64,000 bases of DNA, from contig CAWABT010000004.1 of NCBI GenBank assembly GCA_963780355.1, positions 17,724-81,723 on the forward strand, given 5' to 3'. Every line of letters begins with the position of its first letter. Position 1 is the stretch's first letter. The position numbers and the translations under genes are program-made. Source of the stretch: an uncultured Actinomycetota bacterium (GTDB lineage Bacteria; Actinomycetota; Actinomycetes; Propionibacteriales; Nocardioidaceae). Below are positions 19,116 to 30,978 of this stretch, piece by piece. The notes beneath the pieces are model-generated. The model did not search any database. It saw only the letters and a list, made by a program, of their open reading frames with translations, and was not told the origin of the DNA.

Positions 19116-20927
19116 GTGGCGAAGAAGCCGGCCCGCCCGGGACGCACCCTCGTCCTGTTCCTCCTCGGCACGTCGCTCCTGTACGGGCTGGTGGCTCTGG
19201 CCGGCAGCTGGACGCCGGAGCTCGGTCTCGACCTGCGCGGCGGCACCCGGATCACCCTGAACGCCAAGGGCGACCCCAGCCAGACCAGCCTCGACGAGGC
19301 CCGCTCGATCATCGACCAGCGCGTCAACGGCTCCGGAGTCACCGAGGCCGAGGTCACCACCCAGGGCGGCAACGTGATCGCCGTCGAGATCCCCGGCGAG
19401 CGGCGCCGCGACCTCATCGAGACCGTCCAGCGGCAGGCGCAGCTGCGGTTCCGGCTGGTGGCGTGCTCGGACAGCCGGCCGTGCTCGAGCCCGACGCCCG
19501 CGGCGCCGACCGACCCGACCGCACCCACCGGTCCGGCGGCCCCCGAGACGACGGCCGCCCCGCCGGCCGGCACCGAGACCCCGGGCGGCGCCGCCAACCG
19601 GCCGCCCACCGGCTACGCCGCCGACGGCACGACCACCCCGACCCCCACCCCGTCGCCCACCGGCGAGCCCACCGAGGACCCCTCGGCCTCGCCGGGTGCC
19701 GACCCCACCTCGACGCCGGCTCCCGGTGACGTGAAGGACGAGTCGGCGGTGGCCGACCTCGACACCGAGTACCAGTGGAGCAAGGCCCCCGACGAGGCGG
19801 CGATCGCGAAGTTCAACCAGTACGCCTGCGACGCCGAAGGCAACCTCACCAAGGCCGACGGCTCGCCGCTCGGTGTGGCCGACGCCGTCGTCGACGACCC
19901 GCTGCAGCCGCTGGTCGCGTGCTCGCCGCCGGAGGGCGACCCCGACGACGAGGAGTACCGCCCGGCGGAGAAGTTCCTGCTGTCGAAGGCGATCATCTCG
20001 GGCACCGACCTCGAGGGCGCCGACTTCGGCATCCCGCAGAGCGAGGTGCAGTACGTCGTCACGCTGGAGATGGGCGGCAAGGGCAGGGACGTCTTCACCA
20101 AGGCGTCCGAGACCCTGCAGACCGACGTCGACCAGTTCGCGATCGTGCTCGACGGGCAGGTGCTGTCGGCCCCGACGTTCCAGGGCCGCATCCCCGACGG
20201 CAACGCGCAGATCAGCGGCAACTTCACCGAGGCCACGGCGTCCTCGCTGGCCACCAGCCTGCGCTACGGCGCGCTCCCGATCTCGTTCGAGGAGCCCTCG
20301 GTCCAGACCATCGGCCCCTCGCTCGCCGGCGACCAGCTGCGCGCGGGCCTCACCGCCGGGGCCTTCGGCCTCGGCCTGGTGCTGATCTACTGCCTCTTCT
20401 ACTACCGAGGCCTCGGCCTGGTGGTGGTGAGCTCGCTGCTCGCCGCCGCGGCCACCACGTACGCGCTCGTGCTGCTGCTGAGTGAGACGGCGGGCTTCAC
20501 GCTCACCCTGCCCGGCATCGCGGGTCTCATCATCGCGGTGGGTGTCACCGCCGACTCCTTCATCATCTTCTTCGAACGCATCAGAGACGAGATGCGCGAG
20601 GGCAAGTCGATGCGGGTCGCGGTCGAGACCGGCTGGAAGCGCGCGAAGGTGACGCGACTGGCCGCCCAGGTCGTGTCGCTGCTCTCGGCGCTGGTGCTCT
20701 ACATCTTCGCCACCGGCGCGGTGAAGGGCTTCGGCTTCGCGCTCGGCCTCACCACGATCGTCGACCTCGCGATCCTGTTCTGGTTCACCAAGCCGATGGT
20801 GTCGTGGCTGGCCCGCTTCAGGTTCTTCAACAGCGGCCACCGGCTCTCCGGCCTCAGCAAGGGGACCCTCGGGCTCGACGAGCCGAGGAAGAAGCCGGTC
20901 GCGGCGACCGCGGGAGGGAGGGCCTGA
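19116..20927 (+). CDS. secD: Protein translocase subunit SecD
   Basis: LGLDLRGGT, RVNGSGVTEA, LRYGALP, LTLPGIAG, FERIRDE, VKGFGFAL. Confidence 0.97.
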   Translation: MAKKPARPGRTLVLFLLGTSLLYGLVALAGSWTPELGLDLRGGTRITLNAKGDPSQTSLDEARSIIDQRVNGSGVTEAEVTTQGGNVIAVEIPGERRRDLIETVQRQAQLRFRLVACSDSRPCSSPTPAAPTDPTAPTGPAAPETTAAPPAGTETPGGAANRPPTGYAADGTTTPTPTPSPTGEPTEDPSASPGADPTSTPAPGDVKDESAVADLDTEYQWSKAPDEAAIAKFNQYACDAEGNLTKADGSPLGVADAVVDDPLQPLVACSPPEGDPDDEEYRPAEKFLLSKAIISGTDLEGADFGIPQSEVQYVVTLEMGGKGRDVFTKASETLQTDVDQFAIVLDGQVLSAPTFQGRIPDGNAQISGNFTEATASSLATSLRYGALPISFEEPSVQTIGPSLAGDQLRAGLTAGAFGLGLVLIYCLFYYRGLGLVVVSSLLAAAATTYALVLLLSETAGFTLTLPGIAGLIIAVGVTADSFIIFFERIRDEMREGKSMRVAVETGWKRAKVTRLAAQVVSLLSALVLYIFATGAVKGFGFALGLTTIVDLAILFWFTKPMVSWLARFRFFNSGHRLSGLSKGTLGLDEPRKKPVAATAGGRA

Positions 20928-22166
20928 TGGGCAAGTTCTCGCGGCTGGGCAACCAGCTCTACAACGGCCGGAAGTCGATCGACTTCATCCACCGCCGTCC
21001 GCTCTGGTACGCGATCACGAGCGTGTTCGTGATCGCGGCGATCGCGGCGATCGTGCTGCGCGGCCTGAACTTCGGCATCGAGTTCACCGGCGGCACGCAG
21101 TACTCGGTGCCGGCCTCCGACATCTCGCAGGACACCGCCGACCGGCTCCGCGAGGTCACCCAGGACTCCGGCCTCCCCGAGGCCGAGTCGCCGATCGTCA
21201 CCACGGCGGGCAACTCGATCCTCATCCAGGTCGAGGAGATGTCCACCGAAGACACCGACCAGCTCGCCGAGGAGCTGTCGCAGGCCTCGGGGGTGCCGTC
21301 GGACGACATCACGATCTCCGAGATCGGGGCCAGCTGGGGCAAGGACGTCGCCCAGCGCGCCGTGCTCGGCGTCATCGTCTTCCTGATCCTCGTCCTCATC
21401 TTCATCGGGTTCTACTTCCGAGAATGGAAGATGTCGCTCGCCGCGCTCGTGGCGCTCGTGCACGACGTCGTGATCACGATCGGCGTCTACGCCCTGTCCG
21501 GGTTCCCGGTCACACCCTCGGCCGTCACCGGCATCCTGGCGATCCTGGGCTTCTCGCTGTACGACACCGTCGTCGTCTTCGACAAGGTGCGGGAGAACAC
21601 CCACGAGATGCGCGAAAAGCGGCACACCTACGCCCAGGCCGCCAACCTGGCCGTCAACCAGACCCTGGTGCGCTCGATCAACACCGGCATCGTGGCCCTC
21701 ATCCCGATCGGCGCGATCCTCTGGGTCGCGGCGATCCAGCTGGGTGCCAGCTCGCTGCAGGACCTCGCGCTGTCGCAGTTCGTCGGCATGGCGGTCGGCG
21801 TCTACTCCTCGATCTTCCTGGCGCCGCGCGTGCTCGTGCACCTCAAGTCGAACGAGAACGAGGTCGTGCTCGCCGAGCGCCGTGCCAAGGCGCGCGAGAA
21901 GGCCCGGGCCGACAAGTACGCCGCGGTGCCGGCGTTCACCGACGACCTGCCGGTCCGTGACGAGCCCGACGTCGAGCCGGACGACGACTACGCCGCCTAC
22001 GAGACCCGGCGCTGCCGGTGACGAGCCCGCGCCGCGGGAGCCGGCCACGCCGGCGGCCTCCGGTCGCGGTCGCACCGTGCCGGAGACGCGGCGGCCGATG
22101 GGCGACAGCCGCGCGTCCGGGCGGCAGCAGCCGTCGCGCAAGCCCAAGTCGCAGCGCGGCAAGTGA
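20927..22166 (+). CDS. secF: Protein translocase subunit SecF; probable frameshift near 22003 (called frame stops at 22021, natural basic tail in another frame ends at 22166)
   Basis: GIEFTGG, ALVHDV, GFSLYDTVVVFDKVREN, QTLVRSINT; the tail ...SGRQQPSRKPKSQRGK stops 4 nt before apt. Confidence 0.93.
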
Positions 22167-22170
22167 GCAC

Positions 22171-22716
22171 GTGAGACTGCCCGACGCCGCGGCGGAGGTC
22201 ATCCGGCTCACGGTCGACGTCCCGGACTTCCCCGAGCCGGGGGTTGTGTTCAAGGACCTCACACCGGTCTTCGCCGACCACCAGGCGCTCAGCGCCGTGG
22301 TGGCAGCGCTGGCCGCGTCCGGGCTCGACGACGACGGCACGGTCGCCGTCGACAAGGTGGCCGGGATCGAGGCACGCGGCTTCGCGCTCGGCGCCCCGGT
22401 GGCGCTGGCGCTCGGTGTCGGCTTCGTCCCGGTGCGCAAGGCCGGCAAGCTGCCCCGCGAGACCCACACCGTGTCCTACGAGCTGGAGTACGGCGAGGCC
22501 GCCGTCGAGGTGCACCGCGACGCGTTCGCGGCGGGGGAGCGGGTGCTGCTCGTCGACGACGTGCTGGCCACCGGCGGCACCATGGCCGCCGCCCGCGACC
22601 TCGTGCTCGCCTGTGAGGCGGTGCCGGTCGCGGCCGCCGTCGTGCTGGAGCTGTCGTTCCTCCCGGGCCGCGCCACCGTGGGTCACCTTCCGGTCACGTC
22701 GATCGTGACGGTCTGA
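22171..22716 (+). CDS. apt: Adenine phosphoribosyltransferase
   Basis: PDFPEPGVVFKDLTP, IEARGF, RKAGKLP, YELEYG, LVDDVLATGGT. Confidence 0.97.
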   Translation: MRLPDAAAEVIRLTVDVPDFPEPGVVFKDLTPVFADHQALSAVVAALAASGLDDDGTVAVDKVAGIEARGFALGAPVALALGVGFVPVRKAGKLPRETHTVSYELEYGEAAVEVHRDAFAAGERVLLVDDVLATGGTMAAARDLVLACEAVPVAAAVVLELSFLPGRATVGHLPVTSIVTV

Positions 22717-22747
22717 CCGCACCGCGGTCCGCTCCTAGACTGTTGAC

Positions 22748-25096
22748 ATGACGGAGGACCGCACGGAGCCGGCAGCGCCGGAGCGTGCGCCCGAGCCCGC
22801 TCGCCCGACGTCGGACCGGCCCGTTCCGGACGTCCCCACCACCGGCCGCAGCATGCGCTCCCGGCTGGCCCGGATGGGCACGCGCAGCCAGCCCACCAAC
22901 CCGGTGCTGGAGCCGCTGTTCCGCGCGGTGCGCGCGAACCATCCCAAGGCCGACCTGGCGCTGCTCGAGCGGGCCTACCTCACCGCCGAGACCATGCACG
23001 GCACCCAGATGCGCAAGAGCGGCGACCGGTACATCACCCACCCGCTCGCCGTCACCACGATCCTCGCCGGCATCGGCATGACCGAGCCCACGCTCGTCGC
23101 CGCGCTGCTGCACGACACCGTCGAGGACACGCCCTACACCCTCGAACGGTGCCGCGAGGAGTTCGGCGAGGAGGTGGCGCAGATGGTCGACGGCGTCACC
23201 AAGCTCGACAAGGTCCAGTACGGCGACTCCGCGCAGGCGGAGACCATCCGCAAGATGATCGTCGCGATGTCGCGCGACATCCGGGTGCTCGTCATCAAGC
23301 TCGCCGACCGGCTGCACAACATGCGCACGCTGCGGTACGTGCCGCTCCGCAGCCAGGAGCGCACCGCCCGCGAGACCCTCGACATCTACGCCCCGCTGGC
23401 CCACCGGCTCGGCATGAACACCATCAAGTGGGAGCTGGAGGACCTCGCGTTCGCCACCCTGCACCCGAAGATCTACGACGAGATCGTGCGAATGGTGGCC
23501 GAGCGGGCGCCGTCGCGCGACCAGTTCCTCGCCGAGGTGATCACCCAGGTCGAGCAGGACCTGCGCGAGGCGAAGGTCACCGCCACGGTCACCGGCCGGC
23601 CGAAGCACTACTACTCGATCTACCAGAAGATGATCGTCGGCGGCCGCGAGTTCGACGACATCCACGACCTGGTCGGCATCCGCATCCTGGTCGAGCAGGA
23701 CCGCGACTGCTACTCGGTGCTCGGCGTCCTTCACTCCCGCTGGAACCCGGTGCTGGGGCGATTCAAGGACTACGTCGCGATGCCGAAGTTCAACATGTAC
23801 CAGTCGCTGCACACGACGGTGATGGGCCCGACGGGCAAGCCGGTCGAGATGCAGATCCGCACCTTCGCGATGCACCGCCGCGCCGAGTACGGCGTCGCGG
23901 CGCACTGGAAGTACAAGGACGACTCTCGCGCGGGCCGCGACACCGACAAGCGCGGCGACGCCGTGCCGACCCAGGGCGACATGACCTGGGTGCGCCAGCT
24001 GCTCGACTGGCAGAGCGAGGTCGACGACCCCGGCGAGTTCCTGGAGTCGCTGCGCTTCGAGATCAACCGCGCCGAGGTCTACGTCTTCACGCCGCGCGGC
24101 GACGTGATCTCGCTGCCCGCCGGCGCCACCCCGGTCGACTTCGCCTACGCCGTCCACACCGAGGTCGGCCACCACACCATCGGCGCCCGGGTGAACGGCC
24201 GGCTGGTGCCGCTGGAGTCCACGCTCGACAACGGCGACGTCGTCGAGGTGTTCACGTCCAAGAACGCCAACGCCGGCCCGTCGCGCGACTGGCTCGGCTT
24301 CGTGAGGTCGCCGCGGGCGCGCTCCAAGATCCGGCAGTGGTTCACCAAGGAGCGCCGCGAGGAGGCGATCGAGCGGGGCAAGGACCAGATCGCCAAGCTC
24401 ATGCGCAAGGAGGGCCTGCCGATCAAGCGGCTGCTCTCCCACGACTCGCTCACCCAGGTCGCCGCCAGCTTCCGGATCGCCGACGTCTCGGCCCTCTACG
24501 CCGCCGTCGGCGAGGGCAACCTCGGCGCCCCCACGGTGGTGCGCAAGGTCATCGAGCTGCTCGGTGGCGAGGACGGCGTCCAGGAGGACCTGGCCGAGGC
24601 CGTCACGCTCACCGGACGCCGCGGCCGGCCACGGATCACCGGCAGCACCGAGGCCGGCGTCATCGTGAAGGGCGCCCCCGATGTGTGGGTGAAGCTCGCG
24701 AAGTGCTGCACGCCGGTGCCCCCCGACGGGATCCTCGGCTTCGTCACCAAGGGCGGCGGCGTCTCGGTGCACCGCCACGACTGCACCAACGCCGCCGAGC
24801 TCCGCACCCAGCCGGAGAAGTTGCTCGAGGTCGAGTGGGCCCCCACCGCGCAGTCGTCGTTCCTCGTCAACATCCAGGTCGAGGCCCTCGACCGGGCCCG
24901 GCTGCTCTCCGACATCACGATGGCGCTCTCCGACGCCCACGTGAACATCCTCAGCGCCAACCTCACCACCACCCGCGACCGCGTCGCCAAGACCCGCTTC
25001 ACCTTCGAGATGGCCGACGCCATGCACCTCGACACGGTGCTCAAGAACGTGAGGTCGGTGCCGGGCGTCTTCGACGCCTACCGCGTGACGCAGTGA
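22748..25096 (+). CDS. relA: Bifunctional (p)ppGpp synthetase/hydrolase
   Basis: [13 protein letters not shown] motif, [27 protein letters not shown] and ACT domains. Confidence 0.98.
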   Translation: MTEDRTEPAAPERAPEPARPTSDRPVPDVPTTGRSMRSRLARMGTRSQPTNPVLEPLFRAVRANHPKADLALLERAYLTAETMHGTQMRKSGDRYITHPLAVTTILAGIGMTEPTLVAALLHDTVEDTPYTLERCREEFGEEVAQMVDGVTKLDKVQYGDSAQAETIRKMIVAMSRDIRVLVIKLADRLHNMRTLRYVPLRSQERTARETLDIYAPLAHRLGMNTIKWELEDLAFATLHPKIYDEIVRMVAERAPSRDQFLAEVITQVEQDLREAKVTATVTGRPKHYYSIYQKMIVGGREFDDIHDLVGIRILVEQDRDCYSVLGVLHSRWNPVLGRFKDYVAMPKFNMYQSLHTTVMGPTGKPVEMQIRTFAMHRRAEYGVAAHWKYKDDSRAGRDTDKRGDAVPTQGDMTWVRQLLDWQSEVDDPGEFLESLRFEINRAEVYVFTPRGDVISLPAGATPVDFAYAVHTEVGHHTIGARVNGRLVPLESTLDNGDVVEVFTSKNANAGPSRDWLGFVRSPRARSKIRQWFTKERREEAIERGKDQIAKLMRKEGLPIKRLLSHDSLTQVAASFRIADVSALYAAVGEGNLGAPTVVRKVIELLGGEDGVQEDLAEAVTLTGRRGRPRITGSTEAGVIVKGAPDVWVKLAKCCTPVPPDGILGFVTKGGGVSVHRHDCTNAAELRTQPEKLLEVEWAPTAQSSFLVNIQVEALDRARLLSDITMALSDAHVNILSANLTTTRDRVAKTRFTFEMADAMHLDTVLKNVRSVPGVFDAYRVTQ

Positions 25097-25580
25097 CCGT
25101 CCTGCGTGGTTGGTGGCCGCGCGCGTAACACGCCGGGTCTCGCCGTCAAGGACTCGCTTCGCTGCGGCCGCTGCGCGGCGCGCTTCGCGCATCCTTGACC
25201 GCGAGCCTCGTCCGGCGTGTTCCGACGGCGCACGAACGGCGGGCTCCGCCACGCCGTCCGCGCAGGCGCGGCCACCAGCTGCAATCGCGGGCTACTTGGC
25301 CGACGAAACTGGACACCTGGACCCGGTTTCCGGGCCTGTGATGTCCAGGTTCGTACGCCCACTGGTAGCGAAGTGACACCAGGTGAAGGTGGGGCGCCCG
25401 CGCATGCGGGCGGCGCGGGCGGAGCCCGTGCCGACTGCGCGCCGTGGATCCGACCGGCCGGGACCCGCAGTCAAGGGCGGCCGAAGGCCGTCGCGCAGCG
25501 ACCGGAGCGAAGCGGAGGCCCTTGACGGCGGGTGCCGGTCGGATACGCGCGCGGGCGCCCCACAGTCACCCGCAGGACAG
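25097..25580. repeat. ~484-bp nested palindromic element, copy 2 (inverted relative to copy 1)
   Basis: Fills the whole gap between the convergent relA and DUF349 TGA stops; right half is a near-exact reverse complement of 15792-16050. Confidence 0.85.
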
Positions 25581-26807
25581 TCACGAGAACTCGGCGGCCG
25601 CCTGCTTCGCCATGTCGAGGAACGACTGCCGCGAGGCGAGGTTCTCCTCGAGCTCCTTGACCTTGCGGTCGTCACCGGCGGCGCGGGCCTTCTCCAGGTC
25701 GGTCTCGATGCCGGCGATGGCGGTCTCGAGCTTGCCGACCATGTCGTCGGCGCGGCGGGTCTTCTCCGGGTCGGAGCGACGCCACTGCTCGTCCTCCAGG
25801 GCTCGGATCGCCTGCTCCACCTTGCGGATCCGGCCCTCGAGCTCCTTGATCCGGTCGCGGGGGACCTTGCCGGCGGCGTCCCAGCGGTCGGCGATGTCGC
25901 GGAACGCCTTCTTGGCGGCGTCGAGGTCGGTGACCGGGAGCAGCGCCTCGGCCTCGACGATGAGACCGTCCTTCACCTCGGCGTTCGCGGCGAACTCCGC
26001 GTCGAGGGCGGCGTTGGCGGCGTCGCGGGCCCCGAAGAAGGTGTCCTGCGCGCCGCGGAACTTCGCCCACAGCTCGTCGTCGACACCCTTGGGCGCCGGG
26101 CCGGCGGCCTTCCACTGCCGCATCAGGTCGCGGTACTTGCCGGCGGTCGGCCCCCAGTCGGTGGACGACGCCAGACCCTCGGCCTCCTTCACCAGCCGCA
26201 GCTTCACGACCCGCGCCGACTCGCGCTTCTCGTCCTGCTGCGCGAAGTGCACCTTGCGGGCCTTCGTGTAGGCGGTGCGGGCCGCGGAGAACCGCTTCCA
26301 CAGCGCGTCGTCGGACGCGCGGTCGAGCCGGGGGAGCCCCTTCCAGGTCTCGAGGAGCTCGCGGAGCCGGTGCGCGCCGTGCCGCCAGTCGGTCCCGGCG
26401 GCGATCGCCTCGGCCTCACCGACCAGCTTCTCCTTGTCCTCGCGCGCCTGCTCGACCTTCTGCGCCCGCTCGACCTTGCGGGCCTCGCGCTGGGAGGCGA
26501 TGAGCGGGCCGAGCGCGTCGAGCCGGGCCGACAGCGCCGCGAGGTCGCCGACCGCGTTGGCGTCGGTCACCTGGGCGCGCACGCCCTTGACCGTCTCGTG
26601 CGCCTCCTCCGGCGTCATCTTCGCCGCCCGGACCCGCTGCTCGAGCAGCTCGACCTCGGAGGCCAGCGCGTCGTAGCGGGCGGTGTAGAACGCCAGGGCG
26701 TCCTCGGGGGATCCGGCGGCGTACTGACCCACCGACCGCTCGCCGTCGGCGATCCGCACGTAGACCGTGCCGTCGTCGTCGACGCGACCCCATTCGCTGC
26801 TCGTCAC
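25581..26807 (-). CDS. DUF349 domain-containing helical protein
   Basis: WGRVDDDGTVYVR N-terminus; repeated W..F..A..FF, WK..G motifs; conserved position after relA. Confidence 0.88.
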   Translation of the reverse strand: MTSSEWGRVDDDGTVYVRIADGERSVGQYAAGSPEDALAFYTARYDALASEVELLEQRVRAAKMTPEEAHETVKGVRAQVTDANAVGDLAALSARLDALGPLIASQREARKVERAQKVEQAREDKEKLVGEAEAIAAGTDWRHGAHRLRELLETWKGLPRLDRASDDALWKRFSAARTAYTKARKVHFAQQDEKRESARVVKLRLVKEAEGLASSTDWGPTAGKYRDLMRQWKAAGPAPKGVDDELWAKFRGAQDTFFGARDAANAALDAEFAANAEVKDGLIVEAEALLPVTDLDAAKKAFRDIADRWDAAGKVPRDRIKELEGRIRKVEQAIRALEDEQWRRSDPEKTRRADDMVGKLETAIAGIETDLEKARAAGDDRKVKELEENLASRQSFLDMAKQAAAEFS

Positions 26808-26888
26808 CACAGTTCCTTCTCCTCGCCGTCCCGGAAGCGCCCATGTTAGGGGCACCGCGCCGTGGGGCCTGGGTGGCACGGCTGCGGT

Positions 26889-26944
26889 GGTTTCGACTCC
26901 GGGCACCGCGGGTTCGTTCCTCACCCGCGGGCCGTCGCTCGACC
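26889..26944. repeat. REP-like element, GGTTTCGAC...GTTCGTTCCTCAC...GCTCGACC
   Basis: Shares the core GTTCGTTCCTCAC and both termini with the units at 49377 and 49475. Confidence 0.7.
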
Positions 26945-27003
26945 TCGCTCGCGGCGCGACCGACCCGTCCTCGGCGGCACTGCGGCCTCGCTACGCTGAC
27001 GCG

Positions 27004-27705
27004 GTGTTGATCGCCGGCTTCCCCGCGGGTCCATGGGGCACGAACTGCTACGTGGCCGCCACCGGCCCGGGCACCGAGTGCGTCGTCGTCGATCCCGGTA
27101 TGAACGCCGCCGACGGCGTCGCCGAGGTGGTGCGGCAGCACAACCTCAAGCCGGTGGCGGTGCTCGTCACCCACGGCCACGTCGACCACATGTGGTCGGT
27201 CGCGCCGGTCGCCGGCACCTATGACGCCACCGCGTGGATCCACCCGCGCGACCGGCACCTGCTGGCCGACCCGATGGCCGGCATGTCGCCCGAGACGGCG
27301 CGGATGATGCTCGGCCAGGACGTCACGTTCGCCGAGCCGGACGACGTCCGCGAGCTCACCGACACCCAGGTGCTCGAGCTCGCCGGCCTGACCTTCGTGG
27401 TCGACCACACGCCTGGCCACACCGAGGGCTCGGTCACGTTCCGCTCGCCGTACGACGACACCGACGAGGTCTCCGAGGTGCTGTTCTCCGGTGACCTGCT
27501 CTTCGCCGGCTCCATCGGCCGCACCGACCTGCCCGGCGGCGACCACCCGACGATGCTCGACAGCCTGCGCCACAAGGTGCTCACGCTCGCCGACGACGTC
27601 GCGGTGCTGCCCGGCCACGGCGAGCAGACCTCGATCGGCGTCGAGCGCGCCACCAACCCCTACCTGCTCGAGCTGCAGGACGACCACGTCGCCCGGCGCC
27701 GCTGA
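27004..27705 (+). CDS. MBL-fold metallo-hydrolase (glyoxalase II-like)
   Basis: THGHVDH, HTPGHTEGS, FSGDLLF, PGHG; conserved upstream of hisS; TACGCT -10 six nt before the GTG. Confidence 0.92.
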   Translation: MLIAGFPAGPWGTNCYVAATGPGTECVVVDPGMNAADGVAEVVRQHNLKPVAVLVTHGHVDHMWSVAPVAGTYDATAWIHPRDRHLLADPMAGMSPETARMMLGQDVTFAEPDDVRELTDTQVLELAGLTFVVDHTPGHTEGSVTFRSPYDDTDEVSEVLFSGDLLFAGSIGRTDLPGGDHPTMLDSLRHKVLTLADDVAVLPGHGEQTSIGVERATNPYLLELQDDHVARRR

Positions 27706-27706
27706 C

Positions 27707-29050
27707 ATGGCCCGAGTCACCCCGCTCAGCGGGTTCCCCGAGCTGCTGCCCGCGCAGCGCGTCGTCGAGCGCGAGGTCGTCGCGTCGCTGGCGCGCACCT
27801 TCGCGCTGCACGGCTTCGCCGACATCGAGACCCGGGTGGTCGAGCCGCTGGACCGGCTGGCCAAGGGCGGCGAGGTCGACAAGGAGATCTACGTGCTGCG
27901 TCGGCTCCAGGCCGCCGACGACGACCCCGGCGACACCGGACTGGGTCTGCACTTCGACCTCACGGTGCCGTTCGCCCGCTACGTGCTCGAGCACGCCGGC
28001 CACCTCGAGTTCCCGTTCCGGCGCTTCCAGATCCAGCCCGCGTGGCGCGGGGAGCGGCCGCAGATCGGCCGCTACCGCCAGTTCACCCAGGCCGACGTCG
28101 ACGTCGTCGGCCGCGACGTGCTGCCGTTCCACCACGACGTCGAGGTGATGCGGGTGATGGTGGAGGCGCTCGACGAGCTGCCGCTGCCGGCGCTGAGCTT
28201 CCAGTTCAACAACCGCAAGCTGATCCAGGGCTTCTACCGCGGCCTCGGGATCCCCGACCTCGTGGCCGCGATCCGCACCGTCGACAAGCTCGACAAGCTG
28301 CCACCAGAAGCCGTCGCCCAGCAGTTGACGGAGAGCGGGGCCACGGTCGAGCAAGCAGAGCAATGCCTGACGCTCGCCACGATCCGCACCTCCGACGCCT
28401 CGTTCGTCGACCAGGTGCGGGCGCTCGGGGTGCAGGACGACCTGCTCGACGAGGGCCTGGCCGAGCTCGCCGCCGTCGTCGAGGGCTGCGGCGCGGGAGA
28501 GCGGCGCAACGTCACCGTCGAGGCGAACCTGCGCATCGCGCGTGGCCTCGACTACTACACCGGCACCGTGGTCGAGATCTTCATGGCCGGCTACGAGCAC
28601 CTGAAGTCGGTCGGCGGCGGCGGCCGCTACGACGCCCTCGCCAGCGACGGGAAGACGACGTACCCCGGCGTCGGCGTCTCGTTCGGCGTCTCCCGCACCC
28701 TGGTGCCGCTCATCTCCGACGGCGTCCTCTCCGGCTCGCGACCGGTGCCGAGCGCCGTCCTCGTCGCCGTCGTCGACGACGACAGCCGGGCCGCGAGCGA
28801 CGCCGTCGCGGCCGCCCTGCGGGCTCGCGGCATCCCGTGCGAGGTCGCGGCGGCGGCCCAGAAGTTCGGCAAGCAGATCCGCACCGCGGAGCGCCGTGGC
28901 ATCCCGTTCGTCTGGTTCCCGCAGGCCGACGGCAGCCACGAGGTGAAGGACATCCGCTCCGGCGACCAGGAGCCGGTCGATCCCGATTCCTGGCGGCCGC
29001 CGGAGGCCGACCTGCACCCCACCATCGTCCAGAAGGAAGAGACCCAGTGA
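27707..29050 (+). CDS. hisS: Histidine--tRNA ligase
   Basis: [48 protein letters not shown]. Confidence 0.97.
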   Translation: MARVTPLSGFPELLPAQRVVEREVVASLARTFALHGFADIETRVVEPLDRLAKGGEVDKEIYVLRRLQAADDDPGDTGLGLHFDLTVPFARYVLEHAGHLEFPFRRFQIQPAWRGERPQIGRYRQFTQADVDVVGRDVLPFHHDVEVMRVMVEALDELPLPALSFQFNNRKLIQGFYRGLGIPDLVAAIRTVDKLDKLPPEAVAQQLTESGATVEQAEQCLTLATIRTSDASFVDQVRALGVQDDLLDEGLAELAAVVEGCGAGERRNVTVEANLRIARGLDYYTGTVVEIFMAGYEHLKSVGGGGRYDALASDGKTTYPGVGVSFGVSRTLVPLISDGVLSGSRPVPSAVLVAVVDDDSRAASDAVAAALRARGIPCEVAAAAQKFGKQIRTAERRGIPFVWFPQADGSHEVKDIRSGDQEPVDPDSWRPPEADLHPTIVQKEETQ

Positions 29051-30819
29051 TCCGCACCCACGACGCCGGCACCCTGCGTGCCGAGCATGTCGGCCAGACC
29101 GTGACCCTCGCCGGGTGGGTGGCCTCCCGGCGCGACCACGGTGGGGTGGTCTTCCTCGATGTGCGCGACGCCAGCGGCGTCGTGCAGGTGGTGGTGCGGG
29201 AGGAGGACGCCGCCCACGCGCTGCGCAGCGAGTTCTGCATCAAGGTCACCGGCGAGGTGGTCGCCCGCGAGCCCCACAACGTCAACCCCGACCTCGCCAC
29301 CGGCGAGGTGGAGGTCGTCGCCGCCGCACTCGACGTGCTGAGCCCCGCCGCCACGCTGCCGTTCCCCATCGACGAGCACGTCACGGTGGGGGAGGAGGCG
29401 CGGCTGCGCCACCGCTACCTCGACCTGCGGCGCAGCGGCCCGGCGAACGCCATCCGGCTGCGAAGCAAGGTCAACCGTGCGGCTCGTGACGTGCTCGACC
29501 AGCACGGCTTCGTCGAGGTCGAGACGCCGACCCTGACCCGCAGCACCCCCGAGGGCGCACGCGACTTCCTGGTGCCGGCCCGGCTCCAGCCCGGCAGCTG
29601 GTACGCCCTGCCGCAGAGCCCGCAGCTGTTCAAGCAGCTGCTCATGGTCGGCGGCCTCGAGCGGTACTACCAGATCGCCCGCTGCTACCGCGACGAGGAC
29701 TTCCGCGCCGACCGGCAGCCGGAGTTCACCCAGCTCGACATCGAGATGAGCTTCGTCGAGCAGGACGACGTCATCACGCTCTCCGAGGAGATCCTGGTCG
29801 CGCTGTGGTCGCTCATCGGCTACGACGTGCCCACCCCGATCCAGCGGATGACCTACGCCGAGGCGATGGCCCGGTTCGGCACCGACAAGCCCGACCTGCG
29901 GATGGGCCTCGAGCTCGTCGACTGCACCGACTACTTCACCGACACCCCGTTCCGGGTCTTCCAGGCGCCGTACGTCGGCGCCGTGGTGATGCCCGGCGGC
30001 GCGAGCCAGCCCCGCAAGCAGCTCGACGCCTGGCAGGACTGGGCCAAGCAGCGCGGGGCCCGCGGCCTCGCCTACGTGCTCTACGGCGAGGACGGCGAGC
30101 TCGGCGGCCCGGTGGCCAAGAACCTGTCGGAGGAGGAGCGCGCCGGGCTGATGGCCCACGTGGGTGCCGAGCCCGGCGACTGCGTGTTCTTCGGCGCGGG
30201 CGCGGTGAAGTCCACGCGAGCCCTGCTGGGCGCCGCGCGGCTCGAGATCGGCCGCCGCGGCGCGCTGCTCGACGAGAGCGCCTGGAGCTTCCTGTGGGTC
30301 GTCGACGCGCCGCTGTTCGAGCCGGCCGACGAGGCCACGGCCGCCGGCGACGTCGCGGTCGGGGACGGCGCCTGGACCGCCGTGCACCACGCCTTCACCA
30401 GCCCGCAGGACCCCGACGGCTTCGAGCAGGACCCGGGCGGCGCACTGGCCTGGGCCTACGACATCGTCTGCAACGGCAACGAGATCGGCGGCGGGTCGAT
30501 CCGTATCCACCGCCGCGACGTCCAGCAGCGGGTGTTCGGCGTGATGGGTCTCGACGAGGCCGAGGCGCAGGAGAAGTTCGGCTTCCTCCTCGACGCCTTC
30601 CAGTACGGCGCTCCGCCGCACGGCGGCATCGCCTTCGGCTGGGACCGGGTGGTGGCGCTGCTGGCCGGCACCGAGTCGATCCGCGACGTCATCGCGTTCC
30701 CCAAGTCCGGCGGGGGGATCGACCCGCTCACCGATGCCCCGGCCCCCATCAGTGCGGAGCAGCGGAAGGAAGCGGGCGTCGACGCCGTCCCGTCGGACGA
30801 AACGCCGGACTCCGACTGA
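29047..30819 (+). CDS. aspS: Aspartate--tRNA ligase
   Basis: [56 protein letters not shown]. Confidence 0.98.
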   Translation: MIRTHDAGTLRAEHVGQTVTLAGWVASRRDHGGVVFLDVRDASGVVQVVVREEDAAHALRSEFCIKVTGEVVAREPHNVNPDLATGEVEVVAAALDVLSPAATLPFPIDEHVTVGEEARLRHRYLDLRRSGPANAIRLRSKVNRAARDVLDQHGFVEVETPTLTRSTPEGARDFLVPARLQPGSWYALPQSPQLFKQLLMVGGLERYYQIARCYRDEDFRADRQPEFTQLDIEMSFVEQDDVITLSEEILVALWSLIGYDVPTPIQRMTYAEAMARFGTDKPDLRMGLELVDCTDYFTDTPFRVFQAPYVGAVVMPGGASQPRKQLDAWQDWAKQRGARGLAYVLYGEDGELGGPVAKNLSEEERAGLMAHVGAEPGDCVFFGAGAVKSTRALLGAARLEIGRRGALLDESAWSFLWVVDAPLFEPADEATAAGDVAVGDGAWTAVHHAFTSPQDPDGFEQDPGGALAWAYDIVCNGNEIGGGSIRIHRRDVQQRVFGVMGLDEAEAQEKFGFLLDAFQYGAPPHGGIAFGWDRVVALLAGTESIRDVIAFPKSGGGIDPLTDAPAPISAEQRKEAGVDAVPSDETPDSD

Positions 30820-30851
30820 TCCGACGTAACAATCGGGCTGTCGGTCGAGAC

Positions 30852-30869
30852 CACATCGTTACCGATGTG
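30852..30869. promoter_or_regulatory. Palindromic operator candidate upstream of the peptide ABC operon
   Basis: CACATCG-TTAC-CGATGTG perfect 7-bp inverted repeat. Confidence 0.45.
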
Positions 30870-30978
30870 TGCTTGCCGAGGCGAGGCCCAGGTCACATAG
30901 AGTCCACTGCGGCTGACCGGGCGATCCCCGCTCGACCACGGCTGGAAACGCTCGAGATCCCGAGGAGATGGTGACCAG

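Noticed and set aside
26810-27003. T-box or riboswitch upstream of the MBL-hisS-aspS operon
   Set aside because: No T-box motif or terminator seen; the region is explained by a REP unit and a leaderless promoter
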